64,000 bases of DNA from Dehalococcoidia bacterium (GTDB taxonomy: Bacteria > Chloroflexota > Dehalococcoidia > Lucifugimonadales > UBA3495): positions 904,029 through 968,028 of the forward strand of contig CBDBDT010000001.1 in assembly GCA_965203975.1 (NCBI GenBank), read 5' to 3'. The first letter of the stretch is position 1. The number at the start of each line of letters is the position of its first letter. The notes beneath the pieces were generated by a model. The model had not been told where the DNA came from, did no database searches, and worked only from the letters and a program-made list of their open reading frames with translations. This document shows positions 49,833 to 59,779 of the stretch, piece after piece. Position numbers and translations under genes: made by a program.

Positions 49833-51180
49833 CACGCTGACCAGGCAGGAACTCAAGCAGCGGGCCTGTGTTGCTATCGAGCGGCGCAAAGCAGAGTTGA
49901 TCGGCGTCTCCCGGGAGATCCTCTCCAATCCGGAACCCGGGTTCCGGGAGGTGAAGACTGCTGCTCTGGTCGGTCAGAAATTTCAGGAGATGGGCATTGC
50001 CCACCGTGACGGGCTGGCGTTGACCGGCCTCAAGGGGACGGTCCCCGGAGGGGCGGGCGCCGGTCCCCGGCTGGCGATTATTGGAGAGCTCGATTCGTTG
50101 GTGGTCAATGAGCACCCCTACGCCGACCCTGAAACCAATGCGGCCCACGCTTGCGGGCATCATTGCCAGATCGGGATGATGCTCGGTGCACTGGCCGGCC
50201 TAATGGAACCCGAGGTTCTGGGTCAATTGTCCGGGGAGATAGTCCCTTTCGCCGTTCCCGCCGAGGAGTTCATCCAGGTGGGGCACCGACTGGAACTTCG
50301 CTCGCAGGGCAAGATAGAGTTCATGGGCGGAAAGCAGGAGTTGATCCGCCTTGGGGAGTTTGACGACGTCGACATGGCGATGATGTGCCACACCGCCAGC
50401 GACATGGGTGACCGCAAGTTTGCCATTGGAGGCACCAGCAACGGCCACGTGGTCAAGTACGTCAGGTTCCTTGGTCGGGGTTCCCACGCCGGTAGCGCGC
50501 CGCACATGGGTATCAACGCCCTCAACGCGGCTTCCTTCGCTCTCCAAGCCATCAACTCCAACCGCGAAGTGTTCAAGGATGAGGACACCGTCCGAATTCA
50601 CGGGATAATGACCCGCGGCGGGGAGGCGGTCAACGCCGTACCATCGGACGTAAGGCTGGAGTGGCGGGTCCGGTCGGGGAGTCCCAAGGCGGTGGTAGCC
50701 AACAGCGCGATAGTGGACCGGTGCTTCAAGGCCGGCGCTCTGGCGGTCGGGGCCAGCGTGAACATCACCAACATTCCGGGCTATCTGCCCATGCGGCACG
50801 ACGCGGGACTCCTGGACCTGTTCGAGCAGAACTCGGGCAGCCTAATCGGGCCGTCCAGCGTTCTGGTGATGCCGGCCCGCCGCAACCGGGGCGGCTCCAC
50901 GGATATGGGCGACCTCAGCCAATTGATGCCGGCCTGCCATCCATATACTTCGGGAGCGGAGGGACCCGGGCACAGCAAGGACTACGTCGTGACCGATTAC
51001 GAATCAGCCGTGATCAACCCCGCCAAGATCATGGCGATGGTGGCCATTGACCTTCTTTTCGACGGGGCGTCCAAGGCCAAGGAAGTCATTTCCAACCACC
51101 GGCCGGCGATGAAGAAGCAGACGTACCTGAAGTTCCAACGGGAACGAGCTACCATCGTGGAGTTCGACGGAGCCGCATAA
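49819..51180 (+). CDS. M20-family amidohydrolase/peptidase, paralogue 2
   Basis: TTG at 49819 follows AAGGAAGAG. NPEPGFREVKTA and AHACGHHCQIGMMLGAL. It is collinear with paralogue 1. Confidence 0.8.
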   Translation: MTKSNTLTRQELKQRACVAIERRKAELIGVSREILSNPEPGFREVKTAALVGQKFQEMGIAHRDGLALTGLKGTVPGGAGAGPRLAIIGELDSLVVNEHPYADPETNAAHACGHHCQIGMMLGALAGLMEPEVLGQLSGEIVPFAVPAEEFIQVGHRLELRSQGKIEFMGGKQELIRLGEFDDVDMAMMCHTASDMGDRKFAIGGTSNGHVVKYVRFLGRGSHAGSAPHMGINALNAASFALQAINSNREVFKDEDTVRIHGIMTRGGEAVNAVPSDVRLEWRVRSGSPKAVVANSAIVDRCFKAGALAVGASVNITNIPGYLPMRHDAGLLDLFEQNSGSLIGPSSVLVMPARRNRGGSTDMGDLSQLMPACHPYTSGAEGPGHSKDYVVTDYESAVINPAKIMAMVAIDLLFDGASKAKEVISNHRPAMKKQTYLKFQRERATIVEFDGAA

Positions 51181-51247
51181 GAAGCTCCCGGCGCAAACCC
51201 TCCGTCGATAAAGGCCGGGCTATCCCGGCCCGTGCCAATTCCCCGGA

Positions 51248-51877
51248 TCAAGCCATCCACTGCGGGAACTGCATCACCACCCCGCCCGCTAACGGGACGG
51301 TCAGGTTGTCGTCCAGGGGCAAACGCGCGGATTCCACGATGCCAGCTGTCACCGCTCCGGCCACCCATCGCCAGTGCCACTCGATTACTCCGGTTCCGGC
51401 CAAGGCCGCGACCACTGCCAGGGAAACAACGATGAACGCAGCAGGCCCCAAGATCGATTTCCCCATGTAGCGCGGTATCGGCCCCCGGAAGCCAACCAGC
51501 GCCGCTGCCGGGTCACCCAGGGCCAGGAAAAACAGGGCCGTCACGGCCACCGGACGGTCGAAGGCGGCGAAAGCTGCCAGGCCCGCCGCCAGCATGAAGG
51601 TGGCGCCGGTGAGTTTGAATCCTTCCTCCGGTTTGAGCAGCGGCGCCAGCCAGCGCAGGAAGGTTCGGTTCAACGAAGGCACCCGGAACCGCATCAAGTC
51701 AAGTGACAAGCTCAGGAAGGTTAGGACCGCCAGGCCTGCCACCATCACAGTAAGCGGCAGGAATATTCCGGCGGCGGCCAGTGCCGACCCCGCAGAGGCA
51801 TGGAAGAGCCTGCGCCAGATGGGAGGAGCCCCGGAAGCGCCTGATTGAACCACAGGCGGATCTTCAGCCGGAGTCAC
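51248..51877 (-). CDS. Polytopic membrane protein, possibly polyprenol/dolichol-kinase (CTP-transferase) family
   Basis: Multiple TM helices. LALGDPAAALVGFRGPIPRYMGKSILG resembles the GD..AA.VG...G..KS.EG motif. Confidence 0.5.
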   Translation of the reverse strand: MTPAEDPPVVQSGASGAPPIWRRLFHASAGSALAAAGIFLPLTVMVAGLAVLTFLSLSLDLMRFRVPSLNRTFLRWLAPLLKPEEGFKLTGATFMLAAGLAAFAAFDRPVAVTALFFLALGDPAAALVGFRGPIPRYMGKSILGPAAFIVVSLAVVAALAGTGVIEWHWRWVAGAVTAGIVESARLPLDDNLTVPLAGGVVMQFPQWMA

Positions 51878-51892
51878 GATGAACTTCGGCGG

Positions 51893-52459
51893 CTAGAAGT
51901 CGATGGAAAGGGAGTCTCCGGCCCTCCACCGGAACTCTTTGAACTTGGTGTCCTTGGGGGCCTCAAAGACCAGCACGCCATCTATTCCCATGTCCTGGGC
52001 GAGGTCGAACGCCTGGAGTGACCCGTCGTCGAGGGTCGCATTCCACAGGAACACTATGTGACGCTCGGCCCCAGGGTTCTCCGGAACCGTTGCTTCCTCA
52101 ACGCGGTCGTTGATGTCGATGGGGAAGTACTTACCCCGGAAAAAATCCCTCAATTCAGCAGCTTTAGAGTCTACGTTGACGATGGCGCTGGTGGCGGTGT
52201 GGTTCTCGACCTTGACCCTCAGGAGGACTAGCTCATTCTCCTGTTCCAGGGGGCCTAGGCGCCAATGTTTCCCGGAATCGTCTCTCGGCCACTTGTACCG
52301 GACCTCGTCGGCCCGTTCTAGGGACACCACGCTGATGTCCAGGGTTTTCCCCCGGTAATACTTCCCGAAGGACGGGGACGCCTCCGAGCACGCCGCAAGG
52401 AGAGGCAAGCCCAAGGCCAGAACTATGATCAATCCGAACACAAACCTCTTGCACAACAA
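51893..52459 (-). CDS. Lipoprotein (DUF4352-like beta-sandwich)
   Basis: Signal peptide with the lipobox LPLLAAC. Confidence 0.6.
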   Translation of the reverse strand: MLCKRFVFGLIIVLALGLPLLAACSEASPSFGKYYRGKTLDISVVSLERADEVRYKWPRDDSGKHWRLGPLEQENELVLLRVKVENHTATSAIVNVDSKAAELRDFFRGKYFPIDINDRVEEATVPENPGAERHIVFLWNATLDDGSLQAFDLAQDMGIDGVLVFEAPKDTKFKEFRWRAGDSLSIDF

Positions 52460-52531
52460 CCCCTAAATCCCCCTTAGCTAAGGTAAGAAATACTTCAGTG
52501 ACTGCGGCCTTGTCGCCGGTTTCCTGCGGGG

Positions 52532-53722
52532 TCAACCCGTCTGCGAAAGGGTGGGCATCGCCCGTAGCTGACGAAGGAGGTCGGACAAGACGTTCAGGAC
52601 GTAGTCGACCTCCTCTTGGGTATTGTTTTTTCCTAATGTCATCCGCAGGCTGCCCCGGGCGGTTTCGGCGGTTTGGCCCAAAGCCAGGAGCACATGGGAG
52701 GGTTCCAGAGAACCGGAACTGCACGCGCTGCCCGACGAAGCGGCGATCCCTGCCAAATCGAGGCCCAAGAGGAGCGACTCTCCCTCCACGCCTGAGAAGG
52801 AAAAGTTGACGTTGTTGGGCAAACGGTTGGACGGATGGCCGTTGAGGATGGCCCCGTCAATTTCCGCTGCGATCCTTTCTATGATCCGGTCGCGAAGGGC
52901 GGCGCAGTGAGCGCCAGTCTCGAGGCGAGTGGCGTTGGCGGTTTCGAGGGCGACCGACAGTCCTACGATAGCAGCAATATTTTCTGTGCCCGACCGTCGT
53001 TCCCGCTCCTGGCCACCGCCCAGCAGAAGGGGGAGGTAAGGTGTGCCCCGACGCATGAACAAGACACCCGAGCCCTTGGGGCCGTAGAACTTGTGTCCGG
53101 ACAGACTGAGCATATCGACGTTCAGTGGACGAACGTTCAGGTCGAGGAACCCCGCTGCCTGGACCGCGTCGGTGTGCATGACGATGGTGCGTCCCAACTC
53201 GCCGGCCCGGCGCCGGACCATAGCTCCGATATCCGATATCGGGTTAATGGTGCCAATCTCGTTATTGGCGTACATCACGGAAACCACGGTTGTCCGGTCG
53301 CTTATTGCGTTGGACACGGCTTCGGGGTTGACCGCGCCGTAGTCGTCCACCGGCAAGTAGGTAACTTCGAACCCCATGCTTTCGAGATACTGGCACGTAT
53401 GCAGGACCGCATGGTGTTCAACGCTGGTGGTGATGATGTGGTTTCCGGTGCTCTGCAGCGCGACGGCAGCGCCGTGGATGGCGGCGTTATCGGCCTCGGT
53501 CCCTCCGCTAGTGAACACGACTTCGTTATTGCGGCACCCGAGGACGGCCGCGACTCTCTCCCGGGCAGTATCAAGGGCGTGACGGGCTTCCTGTCCCACG
53601 TTATGTATGCTGGACGGATTCCCGTAGAAGTGGGTGAAGAAGGGCAGCATCGCCTCCAGAACTTCGGGATCTGTGGCGGTGGTGCCGGCGTGGTCAAGAT
53701 AAATTGTTGCTGGCAGCTCCAT
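52532..53722 (-). CDS. Cysteine desulfurase (NifS/IscS family)
   Basis: [23 protein letters not shown] (PLP lysine) and the active-site SSGSACSSG. Confidence 0.9.
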   Translation of the reverse strand: MELPATIYLDHAGTTATDPEVLEAMLPFFTHFYGNPSSIHNVGQEARHALDTARERVAAVLGCRNNEVVFTSGGTEADNAAIHGAAVALQSTGNHIITTSVEHHAVLHTCQYLESMGFEVTYLPVDDYGAVNPEAVSNAISDRTTVVSVMYANNEIGTINPISDIGAMVRRRAGELGRTIVMHTDAVQAAGFLDLNVRPLNVDMLSLSGHKFYGPKGSGVLFMRRGTPYLPLLLGGGQERERRSGTENIAAIVGLSVALETANATRLETGAHCAALRDRIIERIAAEIDGAILNGHPSNRLPNNVNFSFSGVEGESLLLGLDLAGIAASSGSACSSGSLEPSHVLLALGQTAETARGSLRMTLGKNNTQEEVDYVLNVLSDLLRQLRAMPTLSQTG

Positions 53723-53943
53723 AGGGCAGCTCCGTTCGCTTCGATAATTTTAGCATAGGAGCGGGTCGGGAAGGCCGCATGGGAGGGACGCTTGTTGGGG
53801 GATTCCTTAGTCGGCGCGTCCGCCGGGCGTAGCGCTGTGGCGAGTCGAGAGAACCTGATAGTTGGTGCTGATCTTTGGTGCTTCCAATCCCCGCCGGCAA
53901 CTTTTGACTTGTGACAGGACTTCGCCTGTCCATCCCTCCTCGA

Positions 53944-54855
53944 CTAGTGGGGCGACACACGTTGCCGACAACTCAGGGCGATCAATTTGTACGCCAGCTT
54001 GGCAGCCGTGTACGCGCAGGATGCCGGACCTTCGTTGGGCGCCAACTCGCTGATGTCAAAGCCGACGATCCTGCGGGCCTCGGCAACAGCTCGCAAGAGG
54101 GAGATTATTTCGGCCCATGTCATGCCACCCGGCTCGGGGGTTCCAACGGCGGGCATGAGAGACGGGTCGAAGACATCGAGGTCCACGCTGATATAAACAT
54201 CAGGGCCCAGCCGGTTGATCACCTCCCGAATGTACCCACCGTCGTGCTGCGGCCACGGAAAAAACGGGATGGAATGTTCCTGAAGGTACTCCCGTTCTTC
54301 GAAGCACATGCTTCGCAGCCCCACCATTACCAAGGAGCATGAATCCTGGAGACGGCGGGCAGAGGAAGCATGACCCCATCGGGTGCCCTGGTATTCGTCC
54401 CGAAGGTCGGGGTGAGCATCCAGGTACAGCACAGACAACCCGGGAATGGACTCGGCATGAGCCTGAGCGGAACCAATGGTCACAGAGTGGTCCCCGCCGA
54501 GGACTCCGGTTACCTTTCCAGCAGCGGCAAATTCACGTACTACCTGTCTAACCCGCTGCGCCATGACGGCGGGGTTACCGACGTGAGGCTCAAGAAAGGG
54601 AGTGGTGTGGATACCCAACTCAGCCACATCCAAATCCAGCTCCCAATCGTAATCCTCCAAGGCCGCCGAGGCCTGAATGATAGCCTGCGGACCGTAACGC
54701 GCTCCGGTGCGGAAGGAAGTGGTGCTGTCAATGGGAACGGGAACGAGGACGGCCCACGCCGTGTCGAGCCGACTTTGTTCCTCCGGCAGAGCCAGAAAGT
54801 TGCAGGGTACCCATAGCGGCGGGTTCCCCGGGCCGGCTGCGGGAGTGTCAGCCAC
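53944..54855 (-). CDS. speB: Agmatinase (arginase family)
   Basis: GGDHSVT, YLDAHPDL and SVDLDVFDPS metal-binding motifs. Confidence 0.85.
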   Translation of the reverse strand: MADTPAAGPGNPPLWVPCNFLALPEEQSRLDTAWAVLVPVPIDSTTSFRTGARYGPQAIIQASAALEDYDWELDLDVAELGIHTTPFLEPHVGNPAVMAQRVRQVVREFAAAGKVTGVLGGDHSVTIGSAQAHAESIPGLSVLYLDAHPDLRDEYQGTRWGHASSARRLQDSCSLVMVGLRSMCFEEREYLQEHSIPFFPWPQHDGGYIREVINRLGPDVYISVDLDVFDPSLMPAVGTPEPGGMTWAEIISLLRAVAEARRIVGFDISELAPNEGPASCAYTAAKLAYKLIALSCRQRVSPH

Positions 54856-55279
54856 CCTGCAACGCGGAATGGCCGGTTTCGAGAAGGGATCTCTGATTCT
54901 GGGTTTCCATCAATCCCTGGCGGGAGTCGAGCCACTCGAGCCCGCGGTCGAGGACCCACGTTTTGACTTCGGTCAGATCAAACAGACGCTTGGCGTCTTC
55001 CAATGCCGCCCGATCATCGAAGGATTTGCAGGAGAATATGTCTATATTGACGTAGTGGCGCCTCGGGAAAGTGTGGATGCTAATGTGGCTTTCGGCGATT
55101 ATTACGAAACCAGAAACTCCGGCATCCTCTTCATAGGGGCCATTGTATTCCAGCACGTTGGGTTCGGTTATGCGCGTCATACCAAGAGAATTCGGGTATT
55201 CGAAGAGGAAATCTCTAACGATTTCGCGGTCCCACATTTTTTCCACGCTACCGCCAAATCCGTCGATGATCAGATGCAT
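54848..55279 (-). CDS. speH: S-adenosylmethionine decarboxylase proenzyme (class 1B)
   Basis: ATG at 55279 follows AGGAGG. The self-processing site is AESHISIHTFP. Confidence 0.85.
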   Translation of the reverse strand: MHLIIDGFGGSVEKMWDREIVRDFLFEYPNSLGMTRITEPNVLEYNGPYEEDAGVSGFVIIAESHISIHTFPRRHYVNIDIFSCKSFDDRAALEDAKRLFDLTEVKTWVLDRGLEWLDSRQGLMETQNQRSLLETGHSALQGG

Positions 55280-55604
55280 TCTACCTCCTGCAATAAAATC
55301 CGGGAGACGCGTTGCACAGGTTGCCCCGAGCGAGTCGGATTCCAGATGAATGAGCCGGTTCTTGCCAACCCGGGAGGCTGGCCTTGAGCCGGGAACCAAC
55401 TTGGCAAAATCAGACGTATAGAATATCATCACTGTCGGCTCAAAACAAACGTGCTTTGAGAACGATGATCCAGTTCCGGGGCGGGTGTCTGGAATGGCGA
55501 AAGACAAGTGGGGGTTTCCCGCAACAAGCCCTCTTGGAAGGAACGACGGGACATGGGGTACCCTAGCTTGAACTTTCGCACTGATCCGTCCAGCAAGGTG
55601 CTAA

Positions 55605-56576
55605 ATGGCAGAGATTGCAACTCATCCCGAACAAGACCTGATGATTCAGGCTTCCGGCCTGACTCACTACTACGGACCTTATCCCGCTATCGAAGATGTA
55701 AATTTCGGCGTCCGCAAGGGTGAGATTCTCGGCTTTCTGGGACCCAACGGCGCGGGCAAAACGACCACAATGCGTATCCTCACCGGGTATATGCCTCCCA
55801 CTCAGGGACAGGTAACGCTAGGCGGGTTCGACGTGGTAGAGCAATCCCTGGAAGTTCGCCGCCGAATCGGCTATCTCCCGGAGACCGTTCCGCTGTATAC
55901 CGAGATGCCCGTAACCGGCTATCTAAAGTACATGGGCACCCTGCGGGGAATGCCAGCCCGACGGATCAAGCAGCGGGTGACTGAAGTCATCGAGCTGTGC
56001 CGCCTGGAGGACTACTTCAAGACCACCATCGGTAAGCTGTCCAAGGGTTACCGTCAACGGGTGGGAATTGCGCAAGCAATCCTCCATGAGCCCGACGTTC
56101 TGGTGATGGACGAACCTACCATAGGCATCGATCCAATCCAGGTGGTGGAAACGCGGCGGTTGATCCAGGACCTGGGAAAACAACAAACGGTGGTATTGAG
56201 CAGTCACATCCTCCCCGAAGTCAGCATGATCTGCGAACGCGTGCTAATAATTCACCATGGGCACATCGTTGCGGAGGACACTCCTGAGAACCTAGCCCAG
56301 CGCCTGCAGGGAGTCGAACAACTCCAAGTGGAAATAGGTGGCCCTCCCTCAGAGGTGCTCCCTATCCTGCGCTCAGTGCCGGGAGTATCACAGGTCACGC
56401 ACCGGCACCAGCAAGACCGAGAGATATACCAAGTACGCGTCCAAGAAGGCACCGACCTGAGGGAGGAAATTTCCCGGGTAGTGGTAAGCAATGGCTGGAG
56501 CCTCCTCAGCATGCAGATGATGGGAATGAGTCTAGAGGACATCTTCCTGAGACTCACCACCGAAGAGGAGACGTAG
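55605..56576 (+). CDS. ABC transporter ATP-binding protein (GldA-like)
   Basis: GPNGAGKTT, the LSKGYRQR signature and VLVMDEPT. Confidence 0.9.
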   Translation: MAEIATHPEQDLMIQASGLTHYYGPYPAIEDVNFGVRKGEILGFLGPNGAGKTTTMRILTGYMPPTQGQVTLGGFDVVEQSLEVRRRIGYLPETVPLYTEMPVTGYLKYMGTLRGMPARRIKQRVTEVIELCRLEDYFKTTIGKLSKGYRQRVGIAQAILHEPDVLVMDEPTIGIDPIQVVETRRLIQDLGKQQTVVLSSHILPEVSMICERVLIIHHGHIVAEDTPENLAQRLQGVEQLQVEIGGPPSEVLPILRSVPGVSQVTHRHQQDREIYQVRVQEGTDLREEISRVVVSNGWSLLSMQMMGMSLEDIFLRLTTEEET

Positions 56577-56578
56577 CC

Positions 56579-57292
56579 ATGCGAACTGTCCAGGCAGTAG
56601 CCTGGAAGGAGATTCAGGTCTACTTCAGCAATCCCATGGCGTACATAGTGGGCCTGATCTACCTAGCGGTTACCGGATTCTTCTTCGTCCTTGACCTGGG
56701 CAACCCCTTCCCAGAGGCTTCCCTCACCGACTTCTTCCAGGGCGCAACCATCATGATGGTATTGCTCGCGCCTGCATTGACCATGAGGCTGCTGTCCGAG
56801 GAGCAGAAACTGGGAACCATTGAACTCCTTCTGACATCACCGGTGAGGGACTGGGAAGTGGTCATCGGAAAGTATTCCGCCAGCCTGGTCTTTCTAATTT
56901 CGCTACTGGCGATGACCCTGTACTACCCGGTCCTGCTGTTCCTGTTCGCCAACCCCGACCCGGGACCGATCTATTCCGGTTACCTCGGGCTGATCCTGTA
57001 TGGGGCCGCGGCGCTTTCCATAGGCATCCTGACGTCCACGCTGACCAGCAACCAGATTGTTGCGTTCATCGTGTCGGCCGGAATCCTCTTGCTGCTGTTC
57101 TTTGGGGCTAATGGGGCCGACGTGGTGGAAGGAATCTGGTCCACCCTGATCACAGAAGTCAGCATGAGCAGCCACTTCGCCGACTTCGACCGCGGGGTGG
57201 TGGACACCAAGCACATAGTGTATTTCCTGAGCGCGACGGCCTTCTTCCTGTTCCTGTCGATCCGCGCCCTGGAATCCCGAAGGTGGAGGTAA
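56579..57292 (+). CDS. ABC-2 type permease (GldF-like)
   Basis: 237 aa with six hydrophobic helices. Confidence 0.8.
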   Translation: MRTVQAVAWKEIQVYFSNPMAYIVGLIYLAVTGFFFVLDLGNPFPEASLTDFFQGATIMMVLLAPALTMRLLSEEQKLGTIELLLTSPVRDWEVVIGKYSASLVFLISLLAMTLYYPVLLFLFANPDPGPIYSGYLGLILYGAAALSIGILTSTLTSNQIVAFIVSAGILLLLFFGANGADVVEGIWSTLITEVSMSSHFADFDRGVVDTKHIVYFLSATAFFLFLSIRALESRRWR

Positions 57293-57293
57293 C

Positions 57294-59111
57294 ATGAGCG
57301 ATCGACCCGCCGACCCCTCCGCCGACTGGCGCCGGCAACGAAGACGCCGGGATTCCCAGGGTGAAGTTTCCTCCGATGAGTTAGACTCCTCGGAAGTGGA
57401 GGCCGACGGAGAACCCGAGGGTTCCCGAACACTGTTCAGTTTCCTGGAACCCGCACTCGATTTAATCGGGTCATTCGGCGCACCCATCGTCATCGCTGGT
57501 ATTTTCGCTCTCATCGTAGGCATTGTCCTAGCGGCCTTCGTCCCCGCACTGCGGCTGTACGGGTTCATCGTTATTGGCGTTGGGGGCGTGCTTCTCGCGG
57601 TCATGGCGCTGATATACCTGAGTTCCGTGCTGGCCGCATTCATAAGCCGCACCGGCCGGTATGGGGTCAACTCGCTGATCATGCTGGCCGCTTTCCTGGG
57701 AATCGTAGTGGTATTGAACTTCATCACGTTCAGCAACAACGCTCGCATCGACACGACAGCGAACCAGCAATTCAGCCTAGCCAACAGCACAAGGAACCTG
57801 CTTCGGGATCTTGAAGAGCCGGTGAGGGCAGTAGCCTTTTTCCGGGAGGATATCCCTTACCTTAACGAGGAGCAGCTGATCCGGCGGGTCAAGGTAGAGG
57901 ACACTCTTTCCGAATTCTCAAACCGGTCGTCCATGTTCAGCTACGAGCTGGTTGACCCGGACATTTCGCCGGAAATCGCCCGCAACCTGGGAGTCACAGT
58001 CCTGGAATCCATCGCCATCCAAGGGGAGAGGTCCAAAGTTGTCGACATTGTCCAGCCGACGGACCAATTCTACACAGAGCTGGAGCAGGACCTTTACACC
58101 AGCATCCTAGTGGCCACGGGCCAGGAACAACGAAAGGTCTACTTCCTGTCCGGGCACGGAGAGAAAAGCCTGAACGGGAGCGGAGGAGATGGATACGCGG
58201 CCATCAAGCGCGGCCTGCAACGGGACAACTACCGGCCAGAAACCCTCCGCTGGAATGCGGCCGACGAAGACGTGTCCGTACCGGACGACGCCGCCCTCCT
58301 GGTTATTGCAGGTCCCAGCGGAGAGTTGCCTGAAGCCCATGTGAAGGCACTGGACAATTACCTGCTGGGCCGCAACGCCGATGGCACTAACCGCCGCGAA
58401 GGGGGCCGGATAGTCTTCTTAGCCGAACCTGACACTCCGGATTCCTTCAAGACCTTCCTGTTCGCATGGGGCGTAGTTGTCGATGAGGGTTACATCTTGG
58501 ACCGGGAAAGGTCTGTTCCCGGAAACCCTCAGACTCTCAGGGTCGGCGCCTACAATCCAGGAGCTCCCCCGGAGATAGTCTTTCCCAGAGGCACTTCCCT
58601 GAACGTCTCCTTCATGCCCGGCACCACCCCAGTGCGGGCGATTGACGACGGCAGCGGGGCACGAATCCCAATACCCCTAGCCATCACGTCAGCTGACAGC
58701 TTCCTGATTGACGACGTCGAAAGGACGGAACCGGTCACCGATGGGGAGGAGCCGGACCCGACCGGGGTATTCAGTCCGGCCCTTTACGTCCAAGGAGTAG
58801 GGCCGGTCAACAGCCCCGTCCCTACCTCTCAGCCGGCGGATTACGAAGTATCCGGGATTGTCGTGTTTGGGGACTCGGACTTCATCACCAACAGCTTCGT
58901 TGACCGGGGGAGCAACGCTGCGCTGTTCCTCAACACAGCCAACTACCTCATGGGGGATTTTTCCCTAGTTTCAATACGGGACCGGCAGTATATTTTCCGA
59001 GAGTTCAACCTGGACAAGAACCAGTTCAACTTTGTGCGGTTCTCGTCCTGGTTTTTCCTGCCCGGCCTTATGGGCTTGCTGGCAGCACTGGTATGGTGGC
59101 TACGCCGGTAA
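57294..59111 (+). CDS. GldG-family ABC-transport auxiliary protein
   Basis: 605 aa with N- and C-terminal TM anchors. Its position is conserved after the GldA/GldF-like genes. Confidence 0.7.
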   Translation: MSDRPADPSADWRRQRRRRDSQGEVSSDELDSSEVEADGEPEGSRTLFSFLEPALDLIGSFGAPIVIAGIFALIVGIVLAAFVPALRLYGFIVIGVGGVLLAVMALIYLSSVLAAFISRTGRYGVNSLIMLAAFLGIVVVLNFITFSNNARIDTTANQQFSLANSTRNLLRDLEEPVRAVAFFREDIPYLNEEQLIRRVKVEDTLSEFSNRSSMFSYELVDPDISPEIARNLGVTVLESIAIQGERSKVVDIVQPTDQFYTELEQDLYTSILVATGQEQRKVYFLSGHGEKSLNGSGGDGYAAIKRGLQRDNYRPETLRWNAADEDVSVPDDAALLVIAGPSGELPEAHVKALDNYLLGRNADGTNRREGGRIVFLAEPDTPDSFKTFLFAWGVVVDEGYILDRERSVPGNPQTLRVGAYNPGAPPEIVFPRGTSLNVSFMPGTTPVRAIDDGSGARIPIPLAITSADSFLIDDVERTEPVTDGEEPDPTGVFSPALYVQGVGPVNSPVPTSQPADYEVSGIVVFGDSDFITNSFVDRGSNAALFLNTANYLMGDFSLVSIRDRQYIFREFNLDKNQFNFVRFSSWFFLPGLMGLLAALVWWLRR

Positions 59112-59114
59112 ATC

Positions 59115-59672
59115 ATGAACATCCGCCTGACCATCCTACTGGTGTTCGTGCTAATCCTGTTCGGTGGGGCTTTTCTCTGGTTCCAGTTCAATGCCGAGAA
59201 GGACAGGGTGCCCAATCAACCATGGCTCTACCGCTTGGACGACGGCTCTATCGTTCACATCGAGGTTTCCCACGCTGGGAAGAGGGTCGAATATGACAAG
59301 AAGCCAGGCGGCACAACCTGGTACATCCAGGACCCCGACGGAGAAACGGCGGTCTTCCAGGAAAAATGGAGCGGCACTCCGTTGCTATTGAGTGGGCCCC
59401 GGGTAAACCGGCTGCTCCGGGATACCATTGACGATCCGGCCAAGTACGGCCTGGACCCCCCTTTGAGCGTAATCAAAGTTACCGAACGGAGCGGGCTGAT
59501 CTACGAGTTCCACATGGGGAACACGACGCCCGATGGTGAGAACCAATACACGCGATTGGTAGGGAACCCCAAGCTGTTCACTGTTCCCCAGATCTGGGCC
59601 GAGGTAATCAACCGGCTTGCCCTTGAACCGCCCTATCCTCCTGAAGAAGGAGGGGAGACGGACGCGGGATAG
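59115..59672 (+). CDS. DUF4340-like protein
   Basis: N-terminal TM helix. It sits in the usual partner position downstream of GldG-like genes. Confidence 0.55.
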   Translation: MNIRLTILLVFVLILFGGAFLWFQFNAEKDRVPNQPWLYRLDDGSIVHIEVSHAGKRVEYDKKPGGTTWYIQDPDGETAVFQEKWSGTPLLLSGPRVNRLLRDTIDDPAKYGLDPPLSVIKVTERSGLIYEFHMGNTTPDGENQYTRLVGNPKLFTVPQIWAEVINRLALEPPYPPEEGGETDAG

Positions 59673-59779
59673 ACCACTCCCTCAGATTGCCCGATCTGGC
59701 ACATGCTACGATTTTCTGTCAGACTCGGGATACCGTTTGACAGTTCTCAGAAAGCCATCACACTCTACGGGAGGCCATT

